Positions 52,954-63,997 of a DNA stretch of 64,000 nt are shown here, in pieces. The DNA is from Giardia intestinalis (Eukaryota): NCBI GenBank assembly GCA_000002435.2, contig CM018792.1. One strand, written 5' to 3'. The notes beneath the pieces were generated by a model that had not been told where the DNA came from, searched no databases, and saw only the letters and a program-made list of their open reading frames with translations. Position 1 is the first letter of the stretch. Each line of letters opens with the position of its first letter. The position numbers and the translations under genes were made by a program.

Positions 52954-55900
52954 TTAGATCTTGTATTCTTGACATCCCAATATGATTCCTTCTTCAGCTG
53001 CCTGTCTTACATCGTCTGCCTTTCCAAAAACAACAGTTTGACCAGAGATAACGGCTTCAAATGAAACAGCAGCACTCTTAAGGTCATTAATGGTCATGCG
53101 ACGAATTTGGCCAACAGCTCTTCTGTAATCGTTAACACTGTTGCCTTCTAACCAGTAGTCAACGGCCTGGGTAAAGCGAACTAACGGGGCCAAATCCATT
53201 TGGCGCTTACCGACGGCGCCTATTTTGAAGAAAAGAAGCTCTTCAGCAGTTAAGGTAAGGCGGTCGATATATTCTTTAATCTCATCAAACACCTTCTTTG
53301 TTTCTACCAATTGAGGATCTAAGTATGTTGTTAGATAGGACCAGCGTGATCTGGATAAAATAAAGAAGCAGCCACAAGCTCCATTTTCTATTCGTATCTT
53401 TTTTGCAAGATAATCGTAAGTGATGATATGCAAAAGCAATAATTCCGCACCAGTCAGCTCTGTCAACGGAAGCCGGCCACTTCGAGCAACATAATTAACG
53501 TTGACGGGAGCCGCCACAGAGAGCATCCTATGCTGTATGTCTTGTTCCATTTTGAGGAAGCGCTGAGAGTCCTTTTCTGGGGGGCACAAGTCCTTCTTAT
53601 GCAACTTGACCGGGGTAGTTAGAAAGTGCGCGGCATGTTCAGTTATTGGGAATATGTCTGGCTTCATATTCCACTTGTTTATATCGTAAGTATGTGTTGA
53701 GTATTTGTCGTGTATAATAGCTTGAAGCTTTTGAACTATTAGCAGCCCATTAATAATTTTATCTACCACGGCTTGCGTATTGCTGGTGATAATGCGCTTA
53801 TTCATGAAGGGTTCAAGTTCAGGGACATTTAAGCCAATACAAACAGCAATCGATGTGTGCCTTTGCAGAAGCCTTGCATACATGTTCTTCAGCTTCCTTG
53901 ACATAACAATAGCTATCTTCAAATCATCATCGGTCAATGTGTATACATTATGCTTGATGCATTCCTCATCAAAATCAAGTCCGTTGGCGGAGGAAATTTC
54001 GGAGTCAGCCGGGGGCTCCAGCAAAGTCTTCTTCAGGTATTCCAGATAATTGATCCCATTAACATACTCATCATAGATGGCCCCGATACTCCCAGATAGT
54101 GCCATGGCACGCGTGTAAGCGATGTAGTAGCCCATTTTCTGTAAGAAGTGGCTCTCCATTTGCTCCTTATGGCTGTGAAGTATCTTGAATACTAGCTCCA
54201 GATTGCCCAATCCAACCATTGACTTTTGCCAGATTTCGCTGAGTATAAGGTGAAGGGCCTGATCCGTTTTGCTTTCTAAGAATGAAGCATCTATCCTTAT
54301 ATAGGCACGTGGGTATGTTTCTGACGCATTCAGTGTGTGTACGGTTGAATAACGATACTCCATAGAGACGCGGAACTTTCCTAGGACATTGCTAATTGCT
54401 AGCTGCAGCTGCTCCGGAGATTCATAGTTCTCTGTACTGACATTTCCGAGCATCGCACCTGCTAAGAAAGAGATCAAAGGCGCCTCTTCAAAGGTCACCA
54501 GTTCAGAGACGTCAATAAACATACTAAAGTGAACAATTCCATTTCCCAGACTTCCTGTATTATACACGTTTATGGGGACATCATTAAGGTGAACTCCTGG
54601 GCTATTGTGTTTGGAAAGCGATCGAGAAAATATGCGTAGCTGCAAGTAGTCATCTTCAAGAGAGACTAGGTCTGCTTCCGAGACCTGAGGAAACTCCCTG
54701 AGCACCTTCTCGTCGACTTCATTAGAGCGATTGAGTACAGCCAGTGTTTGTGCAACTAAGCCGTTTATCTCCTTCTCTGACATCATACTCTTTTTGTCCT
54801 GGAGCTCTCTTTGCTTGGCTTCTGCTATGTCCTCAGCAAGACCTGGTGTTGGGGTCAAAATAGCATCCTTCCAGGCTTTGTTGTCAATGTAGTATCTTCT
54901 AAGGAGTTCGCGCATATATACACTTATGGTACCCTCTGCTATTTTCTCTCGTAACTCTAGGAATGCCCCTTCAAACAGTAACTCTTCTTCTGGGGTCACA
55001 TTGTAGAACCAAGAGCCGAAAAGTGAGGTCAGAACCTTGACGCCATAGTTAGTCTGATGCTCACGAAGCTCAAACTCAAGTCTGTCCATCTCTGACGAGA
55101 TTCGGGTTGGAGAAAGATAAAACATATAGTCGGAAAGCGGATCCTGCTCTGTTCGCGTACTATTCTCATTCTCCAAAAGAAGGAAGACACGATCAAGCTC
55201 TCTGCGCAGACGACTAGTGGAATCTTCATCATATTCGCACCCGTGAAGACAAATATATGTGTATCCTTGGCAGTTAGTATCATCAGTCTCCACAGATAGT
55301 TCTGAAATAAGGCCCAACTTCTGTAGATGAGCAAGGACAGGAGAGGAAGTGGCACCAAATAAAATTCCAGAAAGGGTGTCAAGCGCTAAGCGCTCTGTTC
55401 GCGTGACTTCGTTAATGTTGAAAGTACGCCACATACGTACCAAATAGCCTTGTCGAAAGCCTACTTGAGATTCCTTTGCGATAGGGTAAGAGAGGCGCAA
55501 TGGTTCTATGCACGCGTTGATGGGTAAAGCGCCTGCTAAAATAGGGGCCTTTTTAACAATGTAAGGAGCCAGCTCTTCGCTGCTCATAGATTCTAGAGGC
55601 TGCAGATATCTATCATATATCAGTGAGAGCTCCTTCTCTAATGGGAGAGTAGAATGGTAGGCTATACGACCGTTTGCCATGGTATAGTGAGTGCTGTGGT
55701 ACTCGACAAGATCATCCGGCTCTAAGGTGACGATGTGATCAGGGTGTCCAATAGATGTATACATGAGACTGCCTCCATCGAATAGAGCCTGCTTAAGAGC
55801 GTGCACAGCGATGTGGATGGGCTCTGAGAAGGCCACTGTTAGCTCATTAAGGATGGCGCCTCGCAGCTCCAGCTCTGACGTATTGCTCATAAGGTGCATG

Positions 55901-56355
55901 GACCACGCTTCCTGGTGAAAGACTCGCTTGTCGTGAAGGAGTGCAGGACAGAACACCGCGTCGAGATAGATGGCCATTATATTCAGATAGTCCTTTTCAC
56001 AACGCGACGCAAAGGGATAAAGAGTAAATGTGTCGTAGGTTCCAGCGTTAAGGTACGTTTTAAGAGATCCTTGTAACAGCTGGCCAAATGGATCTGGAAG
56101 AGGATAACGGTCGGAACCACAAAGAACAGAACGGCTGAGAATGTGCGGAAGGCCTGTATCAGAGGTTGGAGGAGTGCAAAAGCCAATCGAAGCACTGAAT
56201 TCCGGGTAACTTGCCTGAAGCGGGGTCAATTTGATCGCTCGAAAACCAGTAAGCTTGTGCTCTAGTTCGATCAAGGAGCAATCTATCTCTGGTATCTGTT
56301 CAACCGTGCGAACGACGGTGAAGCCCGAAATGACACTTCCTATTGGCGGAGGCAT
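52954..56355 (-). CDS. M16C-family (presequence protease/falcilysin-like) metallopeptidase homologue with a degenerate zinc motif (HILSR in place of HxxEH). Probably a pseudo-protease.
   Basis: The N-terminal block LIELEHKLTGFRAIKL...FCTPPTSDTGLPHILSRSVLCGSDRYPLPDPFGQLLQGSLKTYLNAGTYDTFTLYPFASRCEKDYLNIMAIYLDAVFCPALL...FHQEAW is collinear with PreP/Cym1 (HILEHSVLCGS.KYPV.DPF..LLKGSL.TFLNA.TY.D.T.YP.AS.N.KDF.NL..VYLDAVF.P). Length 1133 aa is typical of M16C. The stop codon is 38 bp from the palindrome boundary. Confidence 0.65.
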   Translation of the reverse strand: MPPPIGSVISGFTVVRTVEQIPEIDCSLIELEHKLTGFRAIKLTPLQASYPEFSASIGFCTPPTSDTGLPHILSRSVLCGSDRYPLPDPFGQLLQGSLKTYLNAGTYDTFTLYPFASRCEKDYLNIMAIYLDAVFCPALLHDKRVFHQEAWSMHLMSNTSELELRGAILNELTVAFSEPIHIAVHALKQALFDGGSLMYTSIGHPDHIVTLEPDDLVEYHSTHYTMANGRIAYHSTLPLEKELSLIYDRYLQPLESMSSEELAPYIVKKAPILAGALPINACIEPLRLSYPIAKESQVGFRQGYLVRMWRTFNINEVTRTERLALDTLSGILFGATSSPVLAHLQKLGLISELSVETDDTNCQGYTYICLHGCEYDEDSTSRLRRELDRVFLLLENENSTRTEQDPLSDYMFYLSPTRISSEMDRLEFELREHQTNYGVKVLTSLFGSWFYNVTPEEELLFEGAFLELREKIAEGTISVYMRELLRRYYIDNKAWKDAILTPTPGLAEDIAEAKQRELQDKKSMMSEKEINGLVAQTLAVLNRSNEVDEKVLREFPQVSEADLVSLEDDYLQLRIFSRSLSKHNSPGVHLNDVPINVYNTGSLGNGIVHFSMFIDVSELVTFEEAPLISFLAGAMLGNVSTENYESPEQLQLAISNVLGKFRVSMEYRYSTVHTLNASETYPRAYIRIDASFLESKTDQALHLILSEIWQKSMVGLGNLELVFKILHSHKEQMESHFLQKMGYYIAYTRAMALSGSIGAIYDEYVNGINYLEYLKKTLLEPPADSEISSANGLDFDEECIKHNVYTLTDDDLKIAIVMSRKLKNMYARLLQRHTSIAVCIGLNVPELEPFMNKRIITSNTQAVVDKIINGLLIVQKLQAIIHDKYSTHTYDINKWNMKPDIFPITEHAAHFLTTPVKLHKKDLCPPEKDSQRFLKMEQDIQHRMLSVAAPVNVNYVARSGRLPLTELTGAELLLLHIITYDYLAKKIRIENGACGCFFILSRSRWSYLTTYLDPQLVETKKVFDEIKEYIDRLTLTAEELLFFKIGAVGKRQMDLAPLVRFTQAVDYWLEGNSVNDYRRAVGQIRRMTINDLKSAAVSFEAVISGQTVVFGKADDVRQAAEEGIILGCQEYKI

Positions 56356-56503
56356 CTCTCACTTTTTATAAATTAAAAATATCGCGTCTTGTGGCGTTCT
56401 TTGCAGCTTGGTTGCCCCGGACTTTGAGGGAGTCACCAACAAAGAGACCGCAAGCATCAGCCAGCGTACCACGGGGAATACTTAAGAGTTTAAGATTTCA
56501 ACC

Positions 56504-59500
56504 ATGGCATCCTTAGCCACATCCCAGTTTATATTTCATGATGACACAATAGACATCCTTGTGGGCAACAGGGTTGTTAACAATGTGCAGCTTACAAACT
56601 CTTGCATCTTGGCGCTGCACAGAATAGGAAGATTTGATGTGCCTCAAGTCTTTGCCGTCTATATCAGTAGTGAAGAGCCAGGCCTTCATTCTATCCTTTT
56701 CCGTCTGTCGACGATTAAGGATGTTGCCACACTTGTCCCGCTGATGCGTATTGATATTAGCTCCATAATGTCAAATTGTCCGGGATTGACTGTGTCCCAC
56801 CTTTTTCCAGAGCATACTAAGATTCTTTTGTACCTTCGAGAAGAGCACATTTGCATCCAGTTTTCTCCGTCTTGTATCATTTACGCAAACATGCGACTTT
56901 CGCACCGTGTGGATACTGGCGGTGTGTACCGCTTTGTGCTTCCTTCGACTGCCTCATGCATGCTGAACATACCGAATCCAGAACACATTACATCCATGGA
57001 TGCTAACGAGTACCTGTACGCATGTGTAGGAAATGCGCTTTTACGGACCAAGACTCCTATAAATCTTCACATACTAAGCAGGCGACAGACGCCAATGATG
57101 TTTAAGAGGGTTGCAACACTATCCACTTCTGGAGAGTATGTTTGTCTCAATTGTAGTATACTTTCTGACTCTACCCTTTCCGAAATCGACACTCACAGAC
57201 CGGGTTACAAGCATGCTCCTACATTGTTAAAAAGGCCCATAGATATTGCTCCTTTATCACAAAAGTTTTCTCAGCAACTTCAGTCTGCTTACCCTCCTCT
57301 TCCGTCTACCTTGTTGACTCACAAGTGGCAAAAAGAGATCTCTACTGCATCTCATCTCTCTACTAACAGTACCACTTTTATTAAGCACTATATCATGAAT
57401 ATCTCGGGTAGTAGTCAGACTCCTGTGTTTCTCATCGGAACTCTGGTTCATGACACAACAGGGTGTTTCTCTTTCTTCTCAATTAATATCTACACACTCT
57501 CTCAGGTGCCAATGAGCGACTGGAAACGGTACACAAAAAATGAGATGACTTCTGCATCTATGTTTAGACTGTGCAAGACAGTTGGAAGAATCAATTTGGA
57601 TGAGCTGTGTACGTACAGGTTTCCTCTTGCCACGGAAACGGAAATGAAGCCTCAGCAACTAGGCGGTCCGTCGTTGTGTCATACTAAGACATACTTAGAT
57701 AACTTCACCATCTCTCCATTGCGAGCTATCAACAATTCTTTCTTTTTCTCTATGAGCTTCATGGCCCGATATACCGATACAGACGCATTCCGTTTTTTCT
57801 ATGCTTTCCAGGTTAACTGCGAATCTGCAAACATCCGCCTGGTGATGAAGCAGATCTACTTGTCTGTGCCTCGAGCCCCCGACTGCAATGAGTTTGCACT
57901 TACTGAGCAAACGATTATCAATAACACAATTGCAGGGGTACATCTGGTCTCCTTTATATCGGATAAATCGGAGAATCTCCTATACATTCACGATAACACA
58001 AAGGTGTACTTCCTTATGATGTTTAACGAGAAAATCAAGTTTGTGTCCGGTAGGGATCTCACCCTCTTCATCTATTCGTATGCAAATAACGAGCGCGATG
58101 TCTTTAATATTTACAACTTAGAGCTTTCTGAGAATTGTGCATCCCTTCCGGCGGATGGCTTAGAGGCGCAGGAACATGGAGGACTGTTTGAGGCTGTAAG
58201 CTATAAGTATGTGTCTAAATATAGTGTCGGGCTGGCTGCTACATTCTTGCGCCTGGTTGGCTTTGGAAAGAATCTGATGATGATACAAGGGATTGCAGGA
58301 GCTGCTATGCCTTATGGAAACAAGACCGACAAATTAGATGGAGAACTAATTAAGATAACTATATTTTCTGAAAAAGACGGGAACTATTTGTCTTCCTTCA
58401 AGTACTTAGTCCTTCCACACACATCTCGTGACTCTTCTGAAGCGTCTCTAAAGCACGCACTATTTACTAGCTTTGAGAGGTATGGGCAGCTATACATTGC
58501 TTTCTGCACTGAGTATGCTGCCGACAACAGAGTTCAAATGACCGGTGACACGCTCAAGGTGGATAGTCTTGCACGAATAGCTTCCACAGCATCGATCACT
58601 AGAACATCCTCTATCACGACCATAGGGTCAGACCACTCCACTGAGTCTCTCCTTACTATACCGTCCGATCTTTCCGACGCGTCTGTGAAAACATCCTCTG
58701 GCTTAAAGAACCCGGAGCCTCTTCCTGGCTTCCCGTGCCCGAACATAGATACCCATTTGGATCAGCACACTCGGAGCACATTCATGATTCGAGACTTTAA
58801 CTTGCTGACCATTGTGTTTACTATGTCTGGAAGATATCTTTACTCCACAGGTTTCCAAGACTTAGAATACGATGCTCTTCCTTCGACGGAGAAGGTTACA
58901 AGTGATCCGTCTGATGACCCTCAAACGAGTTTCTTTTCTAGCGGGGTGACACAATTTCGCTGTCTATTGCGCAGATCAAATTTAATTCCTCATCGTTTGT
59001 TCTATGTTCTTCCAAATGACTGCTTGCGATTATCTTTTATTACCCCATATGAGCTGCGTGCCCCACTGCAGCGCCACAAGATACATGTAGAGCGCTTCTT
59101 TTTGCCATTTCTTTCAATTGCCACATGCTTCCTTTCCTCTGCGCCAAGCATTCTCAGAACATACACTGCTCACCTGCACACAACGCTTTTTAGGCGCTTT
59201 ATTACAAATGTGCTGACATCCAGCCACTACCTCTTCAACATTACTCTCCGGGACAAGCTGGAACCAGATACTATCATGAAGTACGCCTTCTTCAACCTTT
59301 ACGATGTTTCTGTTTCGATAAGTGAGTTCACCTCTATTTTACTCTTATCTACTTCTCAACATTATGACTATGACTCTCATCTTACAAATTACATCGTAAC
59401 AAAATTATTGATGTCTAAGGATCTTCCAAGAGATAGACTTCTCCCTTACCTAGTCACCGGCGTTCTCTGCTTAACAAAGCAGCTTGGGCCAAAAGGCTCA

Positions 59501-62500
59501 GATAGTATATCTCAGGATCTGGCGTATGATCTGCCCAATTGGTTGGAAACCTACCTTTCTGCTGATCATGTCGCTGTTGATTATACATTGCTGGCTGCCC
59601 ACTCTGGGTCTGTGCCTCGTATTTTCTTACCGGAAGCACATGCTTTCAAAACAGGCCTGCTCAGAGTTCTCCCGTCTGTCTATCTTAGGGGACTCTTTAT
59701 CGCCATTGGTGACACAGAGTACCGCTTATCAAAAGTGCCGAATTCAGTGGTCACCTTCTACTATGTAATAACCAATCGACTTGTTGTACTTGCAAACCTT
59801 TATCTGCGTGCACAGAATACCAAAGTAGCCACTTTCCTTAAATCCCACACGTACAACGGAGAAGACAGCGCGAGATCGTTTGAGGTCGCCAGGAAAAACG
59901 CATTTGTATTACTGACGAAGTGCGATTATTATATGGCAGCAGCATGGTTCGTCTTGGCGGCCGATTTTGAACACATGGTTACTGTTCTTGTTGATAAGCG
60001 CTACATGGCCAACATAGATCTTGGGCTGGCAGTTTTCAGGTATCTGCGAGACACCATGTCTGATTCACTTGTTAAACTGACCCAACTATCTTCGACATTC
60101 GTCATCACACCTGATCATCTTACATCGATGGAAAGAGTTCTTTTTAACTCCACAATCAAGGAGTATGTTGTCACAGAAGATACAGAGGACACTGGGAGCC
60201 TATCTCCGCAAAAGCATACAGTTATCAATCTGGAAAAGTCTGAGATATCAAGGTTGTCGTACAAGATGTCATCAAGCAGAATTCACAAAAACATCACTGA
60301 TTTTACCTCTCACTGTATGGCAGCATACGATATAATCTACTATTACTTTGTTCTAAGTCAATACGAAGACAGCAGCGAATTTCTTGCTGCAGTTATTACA
60401 GATGTTGTTGCTGCGATCATCTCGTTTACGCAGCACACAACTCTAGAAAATGGTACACCAGCGGATATGCACGAGGCTATCTCTGTGGTACTGCATGTAC
60501 TTCACAACTTCATATTCCTTTGCGTCCATTACAAAATGACAAACGAGATCCGGAGCATCTTGAACGCACTATATCGACTTTACTCATGTAACATGTTTGG
60601 GCCCATTGAGAAGTTGCGAATTCTTAATCTGTCCATGTATATTCTTGCTCTAAGCAGGCGCACATTTGCTGCAGTGGAGGGTCTAGGATCGTTCCTCCTA
60701 CTTTCAGATGTCAAGGTCTCTCAGAGGCAGCTCTTTAACGCGTTTGAGCTCTCTTTCGTGTCACTGATCCACTTACACTCTAACACACTTTCAACGTCTC
60801 TGCTCTACAATGCGTTTCTTTATTTTCTAAACCCTAGCCGATATCTTGGCAGCAGCTACACATCTCGAATGAAGAAGCTAAGAGAGCAATGCGACATTGC
60901 AGCAGAAAAAGAGATAGCAGCCACCGGGAAGGATGAGTCTTCAGACAGTCAATCTGACCGCTTCAGACGCATACTATCTACGTTTGTGTTTTACCTTTGC
61001 TTGGGATTCTTCACTGGAGATGGGAAGAGAGCTGCTAACCTCATGTGGGAGAAATATCAGTCTGAGGTAGCAGAGCATATTTTGTTCACTCAATTGAAGC
61101 GACGCCCAAGCAGATTTGACATAGAAAATGCCCACCTAAAAGAGGAAAGAGTTATCAGACGCCGTCGCCTCTGTGCGGCAAGTGTGCCTGACGGCTATAT
61201 TGATGACAATATCGAGCTTGATAATGACAACGACGAGAGTGACAGCAATAACAGTAGCTATAGCTATAGCGATGACGAAAGCTGTCATGAGCCTATAGAA
61301 GCAGACAGTGAGGAAGAGGTTATGATCAAGGAAAAGAGTCATGATAAAACTAGGGTCCATTTGAAGAATCGCCGCTGCCGGCTGCAGACACCAGAAGAGA
61401 TTCAGCACCTGTGCAGAATTGTCCATGCGTATTTCAAAACTATCTTTGGTTTCACACAGTCTCCTCGTATCATAGATCATACTACTCAGATTCTAAACTC
61501 GTTTGAAGCAACTATTCTTCCTGTCGTCAACACCACTATTACAGCAGCTACGTCTAAGGAGATACACGATATGACCGACTCCTTACTTAACTTGATTTCA
61601 ACCCTTTCAACAGGGGACGAGGCGTCTAAGCAGCTCTTGAATTCAGTGCACTCTGAGGCGCGCGTGTTGCAAAGCGAGTCTGAATATCAATCTATGGCGA
61701 CATCGGATAGAGATAGCACGTCTATTATCCAGCAGTTGTTATTTAAGCGTCGTGAAAACCCCACCTCGGCTAGCTCGGATAGAGAGCTGCTTAAACAGCC
61801 AAAGCACAGAGAGAAGCGTGTGATAACGATCTCGGATATGGAGATGCATACGACCATGCTTTCAGATGCTATGAATGGTCCGTACGATACTCCAGGAGAA
61901 GATGACTATGATAGAACTGCGCGTACACCTTTTGCAAAGCATCCTGTTTTACGCCGCAGTCTTGGGTTTGTAATTGTAACAAAGAATAACACATTAATGA
62001 TTGAACAATATGATACCCTACTAGAATTCTATTCATATCTAACACTGACCCCGGGCGGCTACACAAGGTATGTGCCAGCAGCCTTTAATTCTGCACTGGC
62101 TGCAACAGCCCATTCTATCTCATTGTCGCGTAAAGAGGCCTCGACTATGGGCTTTGAAATGCTCTCTGTTTTCCTTACTCACGGGAGCAATAGCTTGTCA
62201 CATCTTGTGCGACATGGCTTGTCAGCAACTAAACGTGTAGAGCCGATGAACTTTGATTGCTTCCTTGCAACGCATGCTCAGAATTCGATTTCGGACGTTC
62301 GGATCTCCAATCTTTTTTACATTTTAATTGCACTACATGAATACACAATTAACAATGGGAGCATGCTTCTTTTTAGAAACACCATGCAGAGCAAGTATGG
62401 ATTGCAGATTCACCTCAATCAACTTATGGAGAAGACAAGTAACTGCCCGTACAAGGATATCCTTCCTGCCTACCATGCCATCTTTAAAGAGATCCAGCGC

Positions 62501-63997
62501 AATGCACTCACCACGGATGAGGTCTCCTATCTGGAAATACTTGAGCACGCAGGCACCACCTTTGTGGAAAGATTACTGATAGCTAAGAAGCTCATTCTAT
62601 TAGAGATTTACTATATTATCAGTAGGTACAAGACGGTTCCTACGAAAGAATCGCGCATCCATCATATGAGAGCAGCGCAGGACTCCGGTGGTGGGGCGCT
62701 AATCCCATCAACCCTGATAACCTTCCTCAAGAACCCGTTTGTATGTTTCCTAAACGGGCTTCTCAACCATATCTTCTACTCTCCGCGGTTGGCACTGAAT
62801 GCTACACCAATTAGTGTGTTGCATAAGACACAGATTTCAGGAAGTCTTGCTGAGGACTTACTGCCCGTTTTAAAGGACACCCTCTTTTGGCAAACATACA
62901 TAGCAAAAGATTGGAAGACAAGTTATGCGGCCAGCGAGCGGTTCTTTGACAGCAGACTTCTAAGATACTGCATTTTTCTCTCTAAGTACATCCTTCTTTA
63001 CTTGTACCCCTCCTCTATCCTTGTGTTCTCCATCGTGCAGAATAACAATCCATCAAGCACTACCACAGTGGACGGGACAATGGTGTCTATAGATACCTTC
63101 GAGGAGTATGGTGCAACAGATGAAAGCGACAGCGGAACCTCTCTCGATGGGAGCTCTGATGTTCCACCAAGATTGGCACGACGAGGTCGCTTAAAGAGCC
63201 GGGGACGGAAGGATCATCAGACTAGGCGTATGTATGACCTCAGATTAGTGCTTGAATACACGAATGTTACTTCGTTTATCCAAACGTCTAAAAACACTTT
63301 CTATCTCCTTGTCAAGTCAAACTATATCATAGGTGTCACGTTACATAAGGACGGCGACGAGGTTGCAACTGTTTCAGCACCTATTTCCACAAACTTCGAC
63401 TCGGAGAAGCTGATAGGTGGATTAGATACCATTAATGACTTAGGGGTTTTGTTTAGCAAATCTATGTACTCTGTGTTCTGCAAAGATGGTATCGTGGTTC
63501 CAGCAGTTCAAAATCGCAACATTAAGTTTGGCCTGACAGATGCATCGTTATCATTGAAAACTGCCACTATTCATGATATGGCACTATTCACCAACTTCCA
63601 GGCGTTGGCGCTAGTCTCCTATCTTGAGCATGGCTCTTCCGACAACACTCCACCCAAGCTAATTCTCGCCACGGTCAACCTTCTTAATTGCTCCATCATC
63701 GACGGCATTGAACTTGAAGAGGCATACGTCCATATTGTCTTGACTAAAGTGCGCGACATTCAAATTCTTCTGCTTTTTGGCGCGAAAGAGTACTGCATTC
63801 TGTGCAAGCATGTGGCAGGAGCAACAGACACTTATATCAAGGCGGAAGGTGGCCTTCTTCCTGAGGACGTGGGATCAGCACTGGTTCTTGCTGAGGCGCT
63901 TTGTGAGGGAAGCCGGGTCATCTACAGGCTTGTCTACGCCGTGGGACGGGGTGCCGTGAAGACCCACGTCATCACATATCATGTGAACGTTGTCTGA
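56504..63997 (+). CDS. Giant hypothetical protein, 2497 aa, Leu-rich helical with an acidic Ser/Tyr/Asp low-complexity insert.
   Basis: Single 7.5-kb ORF with its stop at 63995-63997. No P-loop or other catalytic motif seen. Acidic stretch DDNIELDNDNDESDSNNSSYSYSDDESCHEPIEADSEEE. Confidence 0.55.
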   Translation: MASLATSQFIFHDDTIDILVGNRVVNNVQLTNSCILALHRIGRFDVPQVFAVYISSEEPGLHSILFRLSTIKDVATLVPLMRIDISSIMSNCPGLTVSHLFPEHTKILLYLREEHICIQFSPSCIIYANMRLSHRVDTGGVYRFVLPSTASCMLNIPNPEHITSMDANEYLYACVGNALLRTKTPINLHILSRRQTPMMFKRVATLSTSGEYVCLNCSILSDSTLSEIDTHRPGYKHAPTLLKRPIDIAPLSQKFSQQLQSAYPPLPSTLLTHKWQKEISTASHLSTNSTTFIKHYIMNISGSSQTPVFLIGTLVHDTTGCFSFFSINIYTLSQVPMSDWKRYTKNEMTSASMFRLCKTVGRINLDELCTYRFPLATETEMKPQQLGGPSLCHTKTYLDNFTISPLRAINNSFFFSMSFMARYTDTDAFRFFYAFQVNCESANIRLVMKQIYLSVPRAPDCNEFALTEQTIINNTIAGVHLVSFISDKSENLLYIHDNTKVYFLMMFNEKIKFVSGRDLTLFIYSYANNERDVFNIYNLELSENCASLPADGLEAQEHGGLFEAVSYKYVSKYSVGLAATFLRLVGFGKNLMMIQGIAGAAMPYGNKTDKLDGELIKITIFSEKDGNYLSSFKYLVLPHTSRDSSEASLKHALFTSFERYGQLYIAFCTEYAADNRVQMTGDTLKVDSLARIASTASITRTSSITTIGSDHSTESLLTIPSDLSDASVKTSSGLKNPEPLPGFPCPNIDTHLDQHTRSTFMIRDFNLLTIVFTMSGRYLYSTGFQDLEYDALPSTEKVTSDPSDDPQTSFFSSGVTQFRCLLRRSNLIPHRLFYVLPNDCLRLSFITPYELRAPLQRHKIHVERFFLPFLSIATCFLSSAPSILRTYTAHLHTTLFRRFITNVLTSSHYLFNITLRDKLEPDTIMKYAFFNLYDVSVSISEFTSILLLSTSQHYDYDSHLTNYIVTKLLMSKDLPRDRLLPYLVTGVLCLTKQLGPKGSDSISQDLAYDLPNWLETYLSADHVAVDYTLLAAHSGSVPRIFLPEAHAFKTGLLRVLPSVYLRGLFIAIGDTEYRLSKVPNSVVTFYYVITNRLVVLANLYLRAQNTKVATFLKSHTYNGEDSARSFEVARKNAFVLLTKCDYYMAAAWFVLAADFEHMVTVLVDKRYMANIDLGLAVFRYLRDTMSDSLVKLTQLSSTFVITPDHLTSMERVLFNSTIKEYVVTEDTEDTGSLSPQKHTVINLEKSEISRLSYKMSSSRIHKNITDFTSHCMAAYDIIYYYFVLSQYEDSSEFLAAVITDVVAAIISFTQHTTLENGTPADMHEAISVVLHVLHNFIFLCVHYKMTNEIRSILNALYRLYSCNMFGPIEKLRILNLSMYILALSRRTFAAVEGLGSFLLLSDVKVSQRQLFNAFELSFVSLIHLHSNTLSTSLLYNAFLYFLNPSRYLGSSYTSRMKKLREQCDIAAEKEIAATGKDESSDSQSDRFRRILSTFVFYLCLGFFTGDGKRAANLMWEKYQSEVAEHILFTQLKRRPSRFDIENAHLKEERVIRRRRLCAASVPDGYIDDNIELDNDNDESDSNNSSYSYSDDESCHEPIEADSEEEVMIKEKSHDKTRVHLKNRRCRLQTPEEIQHLCRIVHAYFKTIFGFTQSPRIIDHTTQILNSFEATILPVVNTTITAATSKEIHDMTDSLLNLISTLSTGDEASKQLLNSVHSEARVLQSESEYQSMATSDRDSTSIIQQLLFKRRENPTSASSDRELLKQPKHREKRVITISDMEMHTTMLSDAMNGPYDTPGEDDYDRTARTPFAKHPVLRRSLGFVIVTKNNTLMIEQYDTLLEFYSYLTLTPGGYTRYVPAAFNSALAATAHSISLSRKEASTMGFEMLSVFLTHGSNSLSHLVRHGLSATKRVEPMNFDCFLATHAQNSISDVRISNLFYILIALHEYTINNGSMLLFRNTMQSKYGLQIHLNQLMEKTSNCPYKDILPAYHAIFKEIQRNALTTDEVSYLEILEHAGTTFVERLLIAKKLILLEIYYIISRYKTVPTKESRIHHMRAAQDSGGGALIPSTLITFLKNPFVCFLNGLLNHIFYSPRLALNATPISVLHKTQISGSLAEDLLPVLKDTLFWQTYIAKDWKTSYAASERFFDSRLLRYCIFLSKYILLYLYPSSILVFSIVQNNNPSSTTTVDGTMVSIDTFEEYGATDESDSGTSLDGSSDVPPRLARRGRLKSRGRKDHQTRRMYDLRLVLEYTNVTSFIQTSKNTFYLLVKSNYIIGVTLHKDGDEVATVSAPISTNFDSEKLIGGLDTINDLGVLFSKSMYSVFCKDGIVVPAVQNRNIKFGLTDASLSLKTATIHDMALFTNFQALALVSYLEHGSSDNTPPKLILATVNLLNCSIIDGIELEEAYVHIVLTKVRDIQILLLFGAKEYCILCKHVAGATDTYIKAEGGLLPEDVGSALVLAEALCEGSRVIYRLVYAVGRGAVKTHVITYHVNVV

